In this document: positions 12,379-23,656 of the stretch, in pieces
Numbering within the stretch: position 1 is the stretch's first letter
Layout: each line of letters starts with the position of its first letter
Assembly (NCBI GenBank): GCA_002811645.1
Contig: PDIP01000063.1
Coordinates: 135,431 to 199,430 of the forward strand
DNA length: 64,000 bases
Direction: 5' to 3'
From: Corallochytrium limacisporum Hawaii
Taxonomy: Eukaryota > Protista > Pluriformea
Notes under the pieces: generated by a model
Seen by the model: only the letters and a program-made list of their open reading frames with translations
Database searches by the model: none
What the model was told of the DNA's origin: nothing
Made by a program: the position numbers and the translations under genes

Positions 12379-15300
12379 TTGTGTGTGCCTGGGAGTTTTG
12401 TGTATTGACTGATGTTGCAGAGATGTGTTTCGACATTGGAAATGCGGGACCATGGGGTAAAACACACAACCCACTCACTTTCAAACACGCATCATGCAAT
12501 TTTTTTCTTCACAAATATGGAGCACCGAAGCTCACCAGCTGTGTGACCTTGGGGCGCTCTGGTGCCTGTGCGGTGGGGCAACGGAATTTGCATGATACAT
12601 GCACATCCTGGCGGTTCGCCGGGCGAAGTGCAGGTAACGCAGCGACTTGACCCGGCAGCTCCACTTTCTAAACTTGCGGGTAGTTGAAACGTTAGACACC
12701 CGTGATGTCTTGTGACACAATACACACCACAGAACCACTGGCATGGTACTCCTCTCGCACTCTCTCACAAGGATGTCTCCATCCCTGACCTGGCTCGGGC
12801 TGGTATGCGCAACCACAAGTAGTACAAGTTCAACCCTAGCCTGGGTTGTTATCCTCCTTCCATCTCCGTCAAGTTGTTCTTCATGATGATGTGGTCTTTC
12901 TTCAATCGAAATGTTTGTACCATATGGAACACCGTTTGGATGCTCTAGCTAGATGTTGCGCGAGAGCAAACCTTGTTTCCTCGCATAGAGCTAAGAAAGG
13001 ACGCCGGTTGAGGGGTCCCCAGACATGAAACGACAAAGAAACTAGTGAGAGAAGCGCGATGCGTTGATGGTAGTACCTTCCTTTTCCATGTCCCCATTCC
13101 GATCATTTTCGTCCTGCTACACCTTCCCTTCCTCGTGCAAATTTGGCTTAAGGAAGTACCGCCAGAAAAGTAGTAGCAACACAGGTCTCCGCTTGTGTAC
13201 GAGCACTCTGCGGCGGCGTTATCTCACACTGGACCGTGCGCACTTCTCACCCTATGGAATCGTCAGTTGTGAACATACAACAGACTTTTAAGGAGAGCGT
13301 GCAGCTTGCTGTGGGGTGGGTCCACAGAAATTTGACACAAACGCCCAGGGGGGGGACAGCGGCTGTGGGCCGGAGAAGAGTTCGTGGGTTTGGTAGCACC
13401 GTATCAAGCGGTGTTGAATACTCGCTGGATGCGAAAGAAGAAAACAGCACAACATGAAAAGCACGATCGAAAGATGACAGGTAGAGTGGAAACGAGAACA
13501 CACCGCACACGCAAAACACGCAACACACGCAAAACACACACTCGACATTTGCTCACTTGGGTCTCTGTGCGAGTGTGCTCATGTAATGTGTGTGTATATA
13601 AGTTTTATCAGCTTCCACTGAAATGGCACAAGAACTTTACTTCATCGTAGGCCACATAGAGCATCATCGGTTCTAGGTTATAGGATGCGCTCTTCTGCTC
13701 GACATCCACCACTAATACCAATCCCGTGATGGTTTAAGGACTAAGGGCAAAGCCTGTACAATACTCCAACTTGGTGGTGACCATTGGTATGATCCTCGTC
13801 AACGTCGCTGTACATCATGGTGTTATTGTTGTCGTGGATATATGATACAGTCTCTTCTTGGGTCATTCCAATGATCACAAATATTGATGGTATCCCCCGC
13901 TCGCCTCAGTTTCCTGGCGTGCAGGTAATGGAGCATATTGTTTTATGACCCTGTTCCGCGCTTTTCCACACACAGCCACCAAATTGCTAGGCTGATTCTT
14001 ATTGATGAGTTCTTGCTGTGTGTAAATAGGGGGGTGCCCTGTCTCACTGGCACACTGTTTGTAATTCTCATATGGCGGTGGCAAGGTGGTGGCAGGCGGG
14101 GGATACCACAGAGCCCCACCCGTTCAGTGGCAACAATTGGTAGTAGAGAGGGGCTCGAAGCTGGCCGGGCGCGGGAGGGGATCCCATGGAGTATTCTTTC
14201 CCCGGGGAGTTGGTAGGGTCGCGTGCTGTCCAATTGGTTGTTTTGTTGTCTCGCAACGACGACCAAACAAAGACGAAGTTGTCTTCCTTGTCCTTCTCAA
14301 CAGAAAATTATCAGTTTCATCTGCAACATGCAGGGGACCGTGGATGTCCACAGTGATTCCGCAGGTTATGATCACTGGTTGTAATCATCATCGATGGCAT
14401 CGGGCGTTGATGCAACAAAGGAAGACCAAAACAAAAGTGATTTCCCCGGTTCCGTGTGGACAGCCTTCTCAATTACAGTGCCTCATCGGCATCATTCTCA
14501 TCATCAACGATAACATAAACAAAAATAATAGAACTACATATCCGTGTGTTCGTATTGCAGTTGATCTTGCTCGAGGATTTCCGCCGACTCCAACTCCTGA
14601 AACTCTCACTCAGCCTTGGGTGGCACATGGCGTGACCTGAGAAACAAGTACACAGTGCGAAAGATACCGCGGCAAGTGGAGCATTCAAGATCAGAAGAAC
14701 CTAGAGTGTCCCACATCATCACGGCCTCTCATCTATGCTTGGCGATGCGGGGACAAGAAGCTTGTGCAGCGCCATCAAATCCCCCATCTAAGCCAGCATG
14801 GCACGACCACTACAGTGGAATTCTCAACAGCGTTGAGATCATTCAAAACTACACATGCGGGGACTGCAACCATATCCTTGATGGTTGGTGGTACGAGTTA
14901 TAGGCCGCAACCCGACAATTCTTGGTGATCATTGCAGGAGGGCCATGTCGCAGTGGAGCCTGGGAGTCAAACACTACTCCCATAGGATAGTTCAAACTGA
15001 AAAGACGTCCGAATCAATGAGTCTTGGCATGGTGGCTTGGCATGCATAATTTTACCCTATTTCCCAAACAGAGAGACTGAGGATTGTTTTGCGGGCTGTC
15101 TGGCAAAAAGAAGACCGCCTGGGCCAATCCCTCACTCCGCCCAAAAAGGGCGCGCAGAAAATTATCAATCCATAAACAATCAAAAAATTGATTCAATATA
15201 TTTTAGAGATACGGATGTTTCTGACGCGTCGGTTTTGGTAGTGAATATACTGAAAGGGTTCGTACGACATTAGAGCCGGAATAGGCAGCGCTACCATTTT

Positions 15301-16196
15301 GAGAATCGGACGGCCATTTTCTCAGAAGGGGGCCCATCTGAACCAGGGGAAGTCAGTGATGCATGGGGGCCTAATTTATGGAATTGAAACAAAGATCTTC
15401 CATCGGTACAGTGGCCTCCAAACTCAGAAGTGAATTCCCAAAGGTGCCCGGACTGCGCGCGATTGCGTCCCCGTACCACCCATCAACTACCCCGCTGCCT
15501 CCTTCACCCATTGTGTAGTGCACAGCCATGCTTTACGGCTTGTGCATGCCCCCATGGTGAGTGAGACGTGCATACGAGATCGTGATCCTACGGTTTATGT
15601 ATATAAACTCTTATTTGCCGGTATGTACTGTTGTTTTGCCGGTATGTCGCTCAGCAGCAGACCGTACTCGGCTAGGATATCGTCCGTTTGACTGGGCTCC
15701 CTGCTGCCCACACAGTGGAAGACACATAAGCATCCGCCCCGTACACCCCCAAGAAGGGAGTGGGGGCCATGTGACTTACGTCGGGAAGACGGCAGTTTCC
15801 TCCCCCTACGGGAGCAGAACCTCTTTTTCCACGAAAAGCAAGTCCACAGGCGCTGACACGCACCAAAGACTCACCAAGTGTCGCACTTCGCATAGCAAAT
15901 CCATAAGAACAGCTCAGTCCCACTGTGGCGGGTTTTGAGGTCCGCCATTTGTCTAACCGCGCCAGAGGAGGGGCCCCGGTTTGCTGACCCCTCAGCTGCA
16001 TTATTCTGACCTCCAAGTGGTTACCGTCTCCCTTGACATTGAGCTGACGTAAAGGCTAGAGTTGACTTTATTCAAGATATTTGAGACAAACCACTGATGA
16101 TGGTTTGAAACATCAGTCGAAGTTTCGATTCTCAGGCCACTGAAATCGAGCCGGATAGCTGGGCCTCTTGGACAACTGATAATAGTCAAGAATACC

Positions 16197-19100
16197 ATGC
16201 CGCCTCAAGGATCTGTAGCATTGAGCGGGACAGTGGAGGGTGCCCACAGCGAGGTTGCGCTAAAGTACTGGAAGGAAAAGTTGGCAGATGTAGCCTACTT
16301 GCAGCTGCCGTCGGATTATCCCCGGCCCACACAGGACCAAATCGTCGAGGCCAGTGAGAGCCATGCTCCAAGCGATGACGTCTGCAAGAAGCTGCTCAAG
16401 TACGCGCTCATGCGGGACTTAAAGCCATTCACGGTATGCATGTCAGCTTTTCTAGTGCTGTTGCACAAATACACTCGAGAAGAAGACATTGTTGTGGGTT
16501 CTTCTGCATCCAACTTCAACCCTCTCCTGATCCGCATGGCGGTCAAGGATGCCAGCCCTCTCAGCGAGATCCTAGCTTCGGTTGCACAGATCGAGCAAGA
16601 AGCTTATGACAATGATGTGCCATTTGACATCCTTGTCAAGGAGTTGACTGTTGGTGATGGCTCACAGAATTTATCGGGACTTTTCCAGGCCCGCTTTTTT
16701 AACGTGACAGATGTCAGCCAAGAGACTCTCGACATTGCAAACGCCTCTTGGACTATATATGTCGAGCAAATGAGCGATAGTAAGCGTCTGCTACCACTGA
16801 ACTTTAAAGTTATCTACAACAGTCTACTTTTTGCTAGGGAGCGCATGACTGAGGTGTTGAAGCAGTTGGAGATGGTAATCGATGCCATCGTAAGCGACAA
16901 CGAAGGCAAGGTTCTCGTTCAGGACGTCTGCATTAGAACAGATGAAAGTAGGGCCTATCTGCCGGACCCTTCCGGCAATCTATCGGACTTCTTCCAAGGA
17001 AGCATTTCTGAAATTATGCACCGTAACGCGGAATTGTATCCCGACCGGGCGTGCGTCGTGGAGAACGACAAATCATGGGACTACGCTCACATGGACGCTG
17101 AGAGCAATCGATTAGCCAACTATCTGCTTTCCAAGGGTGTACAGAAGGAGGACGTGGTGGCCCTGTATGCCCACCGCAGTGCTGCAATTGTCATTGGTAT
17201 CATGGGTATACTAAAGGCTGGTTGTACTTTCACCGTAATCGATCCGCAGTACCCTACTGAGCGCCAGACTATTTATCTGTCTGTGGCTAAGCCCCGTGTT
17301 ATAATTGAGATATCTCGAGCCGGTCGCATCAGTCAGGAGGTAAAGGACTACATCGTAAAGGAACTCAATGTCGTGGCCCACCTCGAGAGCCTCCACCCAG
17401 ATCAGATCATTGATGAGGAGTTGAAAGCCTGTCCCACTACTTACCCAAACGTCGTGGTTGGCCCTAACAACATTGGCACTCTCTCTTTCACATCGGGTTC
17501 CACAGGTATTCCAAAGGGTGTGCGTGGTCGTCATATTTCTCTGACCCACTTCTACCCTTGGATGTCTGAAGAGTTTGGAATCGGCAAAAACGATCGCTTT
17601 ACCATGCTCAGTGGAATTGCTCACGATCCCATTCAACGTGATGTGTTCACTCCTTTGTTTTTTGGTGCTTCCATTCACATTCCGGAATTTGAGGACATAA
17701 TGACCCCGGGTCGTCTGGCCAAGTGGATGCAGGAAAGCGGCTCCACGGTCACACATTTAACCCCCGCCATGGGTCAGCTGCTAACCGCCAACGCCACGGA
17801 GCAGATGCCCGCTCTCAAGAACGCCTTTTTCGTGGGTGACGTGCTAACCAAACGGGATACTCAGAAATTGCAGTCTCTAGCTCCCAATGTTACGGTGATC
17901 AATATGTACGGTACTACCGAGACCCAGCGTGCGGTGAGCTACTACAAGGTGACTCCCGATGCTCCCATTGATTTTTACAAGGACATCATCCCGGCTGGAC
18001 GTGGAATGAAGGACGTGCAGATTCTGGTTCTTTCGGACAACAAGATGCTGACAGGTGTTGGTGAATTGGGAGAGTTGTACACCCGATCACCGCATTTGAG
18101 TGCGGGATACCTCCGCCTGCCTGATGCCACGGCAGAGAAGTTCTTGCCGAACCCTTTCAAGTCGCTTCCAGAAGGTGGCGATCAGATGATGGACCGACTG
18201 TATCGCACCGGTGATTTGGGACGCTACATGGCGGATGGTTCTGTGGAGTGCATTGGTCGTGCTGACTTCCAGGTGAAGATCCGTGGCTTCCGTATTGAAC
18301 TGGGTGAAATTGACACGTATTTAACCCAGCACCCAGATGTGAGCGAAAATGTAACTCTCGTCCGTCGTGATGCTAACGAGGAGAAGATGATTGTTAGCTA
18401 TATCGTACCTGCACGTGAAGACTGGGATGAGGTCAGCGTGCGAGACTGGCTCAAGTCCAAACTCCCCGCCTATGCAGTGCCAACAATTATCGCACCACTG
18501 AGCCGGATGCCTCTGACTCCAAATGGTAAAATCGATCGCGCTAAATTGCCCTTCCCTGAGGCTGCGATGGCTGCTTTAGCCTCTCAGTCCCAAGCAGGCC
18601 CCAGTGAGGACATGACCCCGATGCAGCGCAAGATCCACGAAGTCTGGGTCAATGTCCTAAAGCGCCCCGTACGTCTCACGGACAACTTCTTTGACATCGG
18701 TGGCCATTCTATCCTTGCTACACAGCTGACCTTCCAGCTGCGTACCATATTGCGATCTGAAATGCCCCTCAACCTGCTATACTCCTTCCCCACTATCGAA
18801 GGATTGGCTGCAGAAATAGAGAAGAGCAGCAACGATCCTGAGGCTCTTGTCTTTAAGTCATCTCGGGATAATACGGAGTCCGTATCTATGGCCGATGAGG
18901 TTAAAGAACTAGTGGATGATGAGATCAAGGGTAATCCAGAAGGTGCCTTCAAAGCAGAACCCAATGGCATTTTCCTCACCGGTGCTACTGGTTTCCTGGG
19001 TGCGTTCATGCTGAACATGCTCCTGAAGGCCCATCCCAATACCACTGTCTTTTGTCTAGTCCGCGCAAAGAACAAACAGGCTGGCTTCGACCGTCTAAGT

Positions 19101-20141
19101 AAGAACTTGAAGGCACATCTACAATGGGAAGATTCCTTTTCTGATCGCTTGTCAGCTGTGATTGGGAACCTTACCTCTCCCTTGCTTGGTCTGGAGGAAT
19201 CAGAATTTAACGCTCTTGCGGAGAAGTGCGACGTGGTCATCCATAACGGTGCCATGGTCCACTGGGTCTATCCCTACTCCAAGCTTAAGCCCATGAACGT
19301 AGTAGGTACTAGGGAGGCTCTGCGCCTTGCTGCGCGTCACCATACTAAGCCCTTCCACTTTATTAGTTCAACGTCTGTCCTCGATGCTCCCAAGTATATG
19401 CAGATGACCGAAGGAGTGCTGGAGAGCACAAATCTGGTTCCTAGTGAGGACCTCACCGTAGGCTACGGTCAAAGCAAGTGGATTGCCGAGGCAATCACAC
19501 TGGAGGCCAACCGCCGTGGCATCCCCAGCACTATTTTCCGCCCTGGCTACATCGTCGGACACTCAAAGACTGGCGTAATGAATCTGGACGACTTCCTTGT
19601 GCGCCTGCTAAAGGGTTGCCTGCAGCTTGGAAAGGCACCTATCATGGAGAACACTGTCAACATGTGCCCTGTCGACTACATTTCCGCGGCCATTGTCGAG
19701 GCCACCAAACACGCCGACGCCTTGGGCAAGGCTTACCATATGGCCAACCCCAATGCATTCCGCTTTAACGACTATTTCCAATGCCTGAACAAATATGGAT
19801 ACGATGTGAAACATGTCGAATATCGTGAATGGCGTGATGAACTCTTCAAGGTCACAACTAGTGCAGATGATCACGTCCTATACCCGTTGTTGCATTTTGT
19901 CTTGGACGATTTGCCGAACAAATCAAAGTCGCCCAAGCTGGATACAACGAATATGGATGCACTCGTACGGAAGGGTAACATTGAATGCCCCGCAATGGAA
20001 AACATGTTAGGTATCTATCTAGCATATTTCGTGGCAATTGGATATATGCCCCAGCCTACTAATGCGGATGCGAAGAGCTTGCCTGAGCTTGATATCCCCG
20101 CTGACGTTGTTGCAGTGCAGCGCAGTGATCGTAAGTTGTGA
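16197..20141 (+). CDS. LYS2: L-2-aminoadipate reductase (NRPS-like: truncated C/ADA, A, PCP and thioester reductase domains)
   Basis: 1314 aa. A-domain motifs TLSFTSGSTGIPKGV, NMYGTTE, YRTGDLGRY, QVKIRGFRIELGEI; Lys2-typical SGIAHDPIQRD; PCP motif FFDIGGHSILA; reductase motifs FLTGATGFLG and GYGQSKW. Confidence 0.95.
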   Translation: MPPQGSVALSGTVEGAHSEVALKYWKEKLADVAYLQLPSDYPRPTQDQIVEASESHAPSDDVCKKLLKYALMRDLKPFTVCMSAFLVLLHKYTREEDIVVGSSASNFNPLLIRMAVKDASPLSEILASVAQIEQEAYDNDVPFDILVKELTVGDGSQNLSGLFQARFFNVTDVSQETLDIANASWTIYVEQMSDSKRLLPLNFKVIYNSLLFARERMTEVLKQLEMVIDAIVSDNEGKVLVQDVCIRTDESRAYLPDPSGNLSDFFQGSISEIMHRNAELYPDRACVVENDKSWDYAHMDAESNRLANYLLSKGVQKEDVVALYAHRSAAIVIGIMGILKAGCTFTVIDPQYPTERQTIYLSVAKPRVIIEISRAGRISQEVKDYIVKELNVVAHLESLHPDQIIDEELKACPTTYPNVVVGPNNIGTLSFTSGSTGIPKGVRGRHISLTHFYPWMSEEFGIGKNDRFTMLSGIAHDPIQRDVFTPLFFGASIHIPEFEDIMTPGRLAKWMQESGSTVTHLTPAMGQLLTANATEQMPALKNAFFVGDVLTKRDTQKLQSLAPNVTVINMYGTTETQRAVSYYKVTPDAPIDFYKDIIPAGRGMKDVQILVLSDNKMLTGVGELGELYTRSPHLSAGYLRLPDATAEKFLPNPFKSLPEGGDQMMDRLYRTGDLGRYMADGSVECIGRADFQVKIRGFRIELGEIDTYLTQHPDVSENVTLVRRDANEEKMIVSYIVPAREDWDEVSVRDWLKSKLPAYAVPTIIAPLSRMPLTPNGKIDRAKLPFPEAAMAALASQSQAGPSEDMTPMQRKIHEVWVNVLKRPVRLTDNFFDIGGHSILATQLTFQLRTILRSEMPLNLLYSFPTIEGLAAEIEKSSNDPEALVFKSSRDNTESVSMADEVKELVDDEIKGNPEGAFKAEPNGIFLTGATGFLGAFMLNMLLKAHPNTTVFCLVRAKNKQAGFDRLSKNLKAHLQWEDSFSDRLSAVIGNLTSPLLGLEESEFNALAEKCDVVIHNGAMVHWVYPYSKLKPMNVVGTREALRLAARHHTKPFHFISSTSVLDAPKYMQMTEGVLESTNLVPSEDLTVGYGQSKWIAEAITLEANRRGIPSTIFRPGYIVGHSKTGVMNLDDFLVRLLKGCLQLGKAPIMENTVNMCPVDYISAAIVEATKHADALGKAYHMANPNAFRFNDYFQCLNKYGYDVKHVEYREWRDELFKVTTSADDHVLYPLLHFVLDDLPNKSKSPKLDTTNMDALVRKGNIECPAMENMLGIYLAYFVAIGYMPQPTNADAKSLPELDIPADVVAVQRSDRKL

Positions 20142-20275
20142 TTGACACGTCTACTTCATTATTCAATTCAAGAGAACCCTGGCTGCGTGAATTGAATTTG
20201 CTAAATTTGCAGTTTATTTTATCCAATTCGGCGAAATAGAAAATACATTCGAGGAATATTCGTGTATATTGCTAC

Positions 20276-22243
20276 CTATTTTGATTGGTGGGAGTTGATT
20301 GTTTCCATTACTTTCGTTAGTGAATCCCGGCTCTTCATGAGATACAAGTAGTCGTGATGATCTGAAGGGGTTACCTTCAACATTTCCTTGAGAAGTAAAA
20401 TATAACGGGGTAATCGTTGAATGGGCGACAACATGTAAGCTGCCATATTCAGATTCTCAGCCCTAGGATCTGAATCACATTTCTGCATAATGTCCCGGAA
20501 TTTACTGTTATCTTTTGCCAGTTTTCCGAGTAAATTCATTGCAGTTTGATAATCCCTGGTGTACTGCTGATACACAGACCCGTACTCCTCCACCTGCACC
20601 AGTAGTATGTCCCCCAGCATAGTATCCTCGGAGTAGCTCTCAATCTTCCGCTTAAGCTGCTGGAGAATGTTGAGGTGGATATCCAACAGTAAGGCTAGCG
20701 AAGTGGGAAAGAGAACCTTCCGTTCGTCCTTCTTCAGGGCCTTCTTTTCCTTCTTAAGGGGCGGGTAGTACACCTCGTAAACAATTTTCATGTCCGTTAC
20801 AAATCGGTCTTCCGTCTCACGCAGTTCTTGGGTGATGAGGAAGCGTTTGAGGACCTGGTTCTTGGTCAGTTTGCCAGGTAAGGCCAGATCCATATCAGCA
20901 CCCAGTTTGGCACAGTCAAACTCATTGACGCGCACCTTGCCGTCTCCCTTCCGCAATTCATCGAAGACGGCGTAGGGGTCGTCAGGCGTTTGAGGTTCAA
21001 CGGACCCGAAGAGCTCATCAGCGGACTTCACTGGCGCGGTAGCTGCTCGATTGCGCTGCTGAGGATGCTGCGTCTGGGGCATGGTACCCTTTGGCCCAGT
21101 AAACACAGCGGGCACCCCGCCATTGAGCGCCGTCGAATTCGACCCGAGCAACTGATCGAGTGTCTCAAACCCATCATCGCCCATTCCGTAGATGTCTGTG
21201 GCCGTAGCCTTCTTGTAGTTTACTATCTCTCCGTTCACTGGGTCTATGTGGCGCGTGCGTGCGATTTCGCTGCGGTGCCTACGCACTGCAGCGCTGGTTT
21301 TGCTTGAGGCCCGGCGGTAGTTAGTGCTGCCGCTGCCAGAGGCAGTACTTCTACCCGAGGCGTGCTCCGTAGTCGGAGCTCGCGGTGTCATGCTCTTGTT
21401 AGCATCCAACGGCAGTGGAGCAATCACTCCGGCGTTTGTTGTCGAGTTAACAGGTCGGCGCTCTGGAGAGTTCTCTTGAGCGTACAGCACATGCCATCGT
21501 TTGTCCCGCATTTGCGCGAAGGAATATTCGCCACTGCCACTTGCCGCTGCTGAGGATGCTCCTGCCGCACTGACATCATGTGACGTACCTCTCACTCCGG
21601 GTTGCCTTGCACTGTAACGTTGCGAAATTTTTTGTTTCCAAGTGCGGTCTTCCGCCTGCAGAAGACTGCGCACCTGATCACTCTGCTGTAGACCACGGGC
21701 AATGATTTCGTCCACATGTGTGCGACGCTCACGTTCCCCAATTTCCGCTTCCTGGGCTCGTTGCAGTCGCATAGCGTAGTCATAGTCCTCAGTTTCCTGC
21801 CACGCCCTGATGTCGCCGACGGATAGTTTGGAAGTGCGGTGAACCAATTCATCCGCAGTAGTGATGACTGCATTACTAGATTTTCCATGTGTATCAACCT
21901 CGTCGAATTTATCGTAATCTTCTCCCCAGCTAGTGGTTGAGGTTGAGCGGAGCCGTCGCAGAATCATATTATTGTTTGGACCGTTTGCAGTTCCGGGCTC
22001 GGGAGCACTAGCTTGCCCCAAAGCGCTGTCGAAATCATCGTCACAGAACTCATCCGAATCAGCTCTTGCAAGCGGTGGCGGGGCGGTAGTTCCACCTGCA
22101 GCATGTGCCGCGTGTCCATTCGCAGGCACTGAATGTGTGGCCGCAAAAATAGTCCTCGTTGAAGGTGGCCTGGGTGGAATTGGAGGTGGTGCCTTACCCC
22201 TGATCTCAGGTGGCAATGGGTGCTTTCGTTGCGTGCTTGTCAT
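20276..22243 (-). CDS. Rho guanine nucleotide exchange factor (C-terminal DH domain, no PH), Pro-rich N-terminus
   Basis: DH motifs QELRETEDRFVTDM and YMLSPIQRLPRYILLLKEMLKVTPSDHHDY; the protein ends right after the DH domain. N-terminal KAPPPIPPRPP. Confidence 0.85.
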   Translation of the reverse strand: MTSTQRKHPLPPEIRGKAPPPIPPRPPSTRTIFAATHSVPANGHAAHAAGGTTAPPPLARADSDEFCDDDFDSALGQASAPEPGTANGPNNNMILRRLRSTSTTSWGEDYDKFDEVDTHGKSSNAVITTADELVHRTSKLSVGDIRAWQETEDYDYAMRLQRAQEAEIGERERRTHVDEIIARGLQQSDQVRSLLQAEDRTWKQKISQRYSARQPGVRGTSHDVSAAGASSAAASGSGEYSFAQMRDKRWHVLYAQENSPERRPVNSTTNAGVIAPLPLDANKSMTPRAPTTEHASGRSTASGSGSTNYRRASSKTSAAVRRHRSEIARTRHIDPVNGEIVNYKKATATDIYGMGDDGFETLDQLLGSNSTALNGGVPAVFTGPKGTMPQTQHPQQRNRAATAPVKSADELFGSVEPQTPDDPYAVFDELRKGDGKVRVNEFDCAKLGADMDLALPGKLTKNQVLKRFLITQELRETEDRFVTDMKIVYEVYYPPLKKEKKALKKDERKVLFPTSLALLLDIHLNILQQLKRKIESYSEDTMLGDILLVQVEEYGSVYQQYTRDYQTAMNLLGKLAKDNSKFRDIMQKCDSDPRAENLNMAAYMLSPIQRLPRYILLLKEMLKVTPSDHHDYLYLMKSRDSLTKVMETINSHQSK

Positions 22244-23219
22244 AGTCCCTTGCTTTCTCAGATTCAGAATTGTAAGTGTCTAGGGAACTATCTGAAGTAT
22301 TTCTCAAGCCATCACTTCCCGTGCGTCTACCCTGAATAGAACCGAACCTGGTACTATCCTCTAGATTAACCCTAAATGTGAAGAAGACCGTTACTGCATT
22401 GCCACTTCGACTCTATGTCTAGGATCGTGAACGACCCTCAAGAAAATACCTACACAATAGTCGCAGGTACTTACACCCTCCGACCCTCCCGGTTCCTACA
22501 TCACTGCCCCGGCCGCTTGTCAATTGTGCCCCTCGTCGGCTGTTTTGTTAAAAGCCAGTGACGAAGTGGTTTTTGCTCCATTCCCCCAGGGAGGGGCTTG
22601 GAGTTGGGGAACAAATCCGCCCGGAATCTAACGAGTGGTATGGTATGCCAAAGGAGCACACCATCCCCCTCCCTTCCTTCCCCCTGCTCCTGATCGTTCG
22701 AGAGAAGACAGTGTTTGCTTTTGTTCCTTCGCATCTCCCACTTCCTCCCAATTGCACATTTCATCCGTTCGCACACCCAACTTCCGATCGGCCCGCACTC
22801 CCTCACTGGTCACCAATTTTAGAAGAGAATGAGTAGGTACGTGGGCAAGGTGTGCAGTTGGTAGTGCGGGAGAGTTTGTAATTGGCTTAGAACTTCTCTA
22901 ATACTTGTTGGAAAGGCGTGCGATCCATTTGTCTCTGGGTGTCCATGCTCTCTGTGGTAAGTGGAGCATATAAATACCCGGCACCGCGAAGAGACATTTC
23001 ATGTGCGCAGCCATCACCAACAGGCTCGGCACAGGTAGGAAAACGACGATAGAGAAGTGGGAGAGGTACCAAAGGGGAATCCAGGGGAGATGAAGAAAAC
23101 GGCAACAGAACCCCACGGGGATGGCCCGCCGAGGAGAGGGAGTGTATGAACCTGTCGGAAGGACGCAATGGATATGAATAACTATGAAGGGAGTTCACTA
23201 GTTGGGTCGTGACCGCTCT

Positions 23220-23244
23220 CCCCCCCCCCCCCCCCGGGGGGGGG
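23220..23244. repeat. C16-G9 dyad tract
   Basis: Direct reading; followed by a GA-rich tract at ~23340-23390. Confidence 0.9.
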
Positions 23245-23656
23245 TCGGAGAGAGAATACGGTTCACGCCTGGAGACACACAGAACATGGCCAGAAATGAG
23301 GGAAATCGTAAAGATGAGTGGCCGAAGCAGAGTGAAGGAGGGAGACAGAGAGAGCCTCCGAGAGAGAGAGAGAAAGAGAGAGAGAGGGAGCGAACGCTTA
23401 GTGGCAAAAATTCGAATGCTGAGAAGTGGAGAGAAACGAAGGAGGCTGCACGCGATTCAAGGGAGATCTCGAAGCACTGTGAACAGCAATTAGGCCACTC
23501 GGATTCATTTCGTACCAGTATTTTCCAGAGATGGACATGCAGTGGCCAAAAAGGACGAGCCACCAACCATGTAATTCGACCAAGGAAGACTGGGATAGGC
23601 TGAAATTATGACATGTGTATATACTGCCTTTGGATTTATAGTGGTCTGCGTACGGT

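Noticed and set aside
13875-14375. In-frame minus-strand ORFs joined by TGA (possible selenoprotein or readthrough)
   Set aside because: No recognisable fold or redox motif, and no SECIS seen.
20130-20200. LYS2 C-terminal RKL as a peroxisomal PTS1, or a readthrough-generated PTS1
   Set aside because: The tripeptide is non-canonical, the stop context is not TGA-CTA, and the extension does not end in a PTS1.
22368-22376. Telomere-like CCCTAA hexamer near RAP1
   Set aside because: Single copy at chance frequency; no array.
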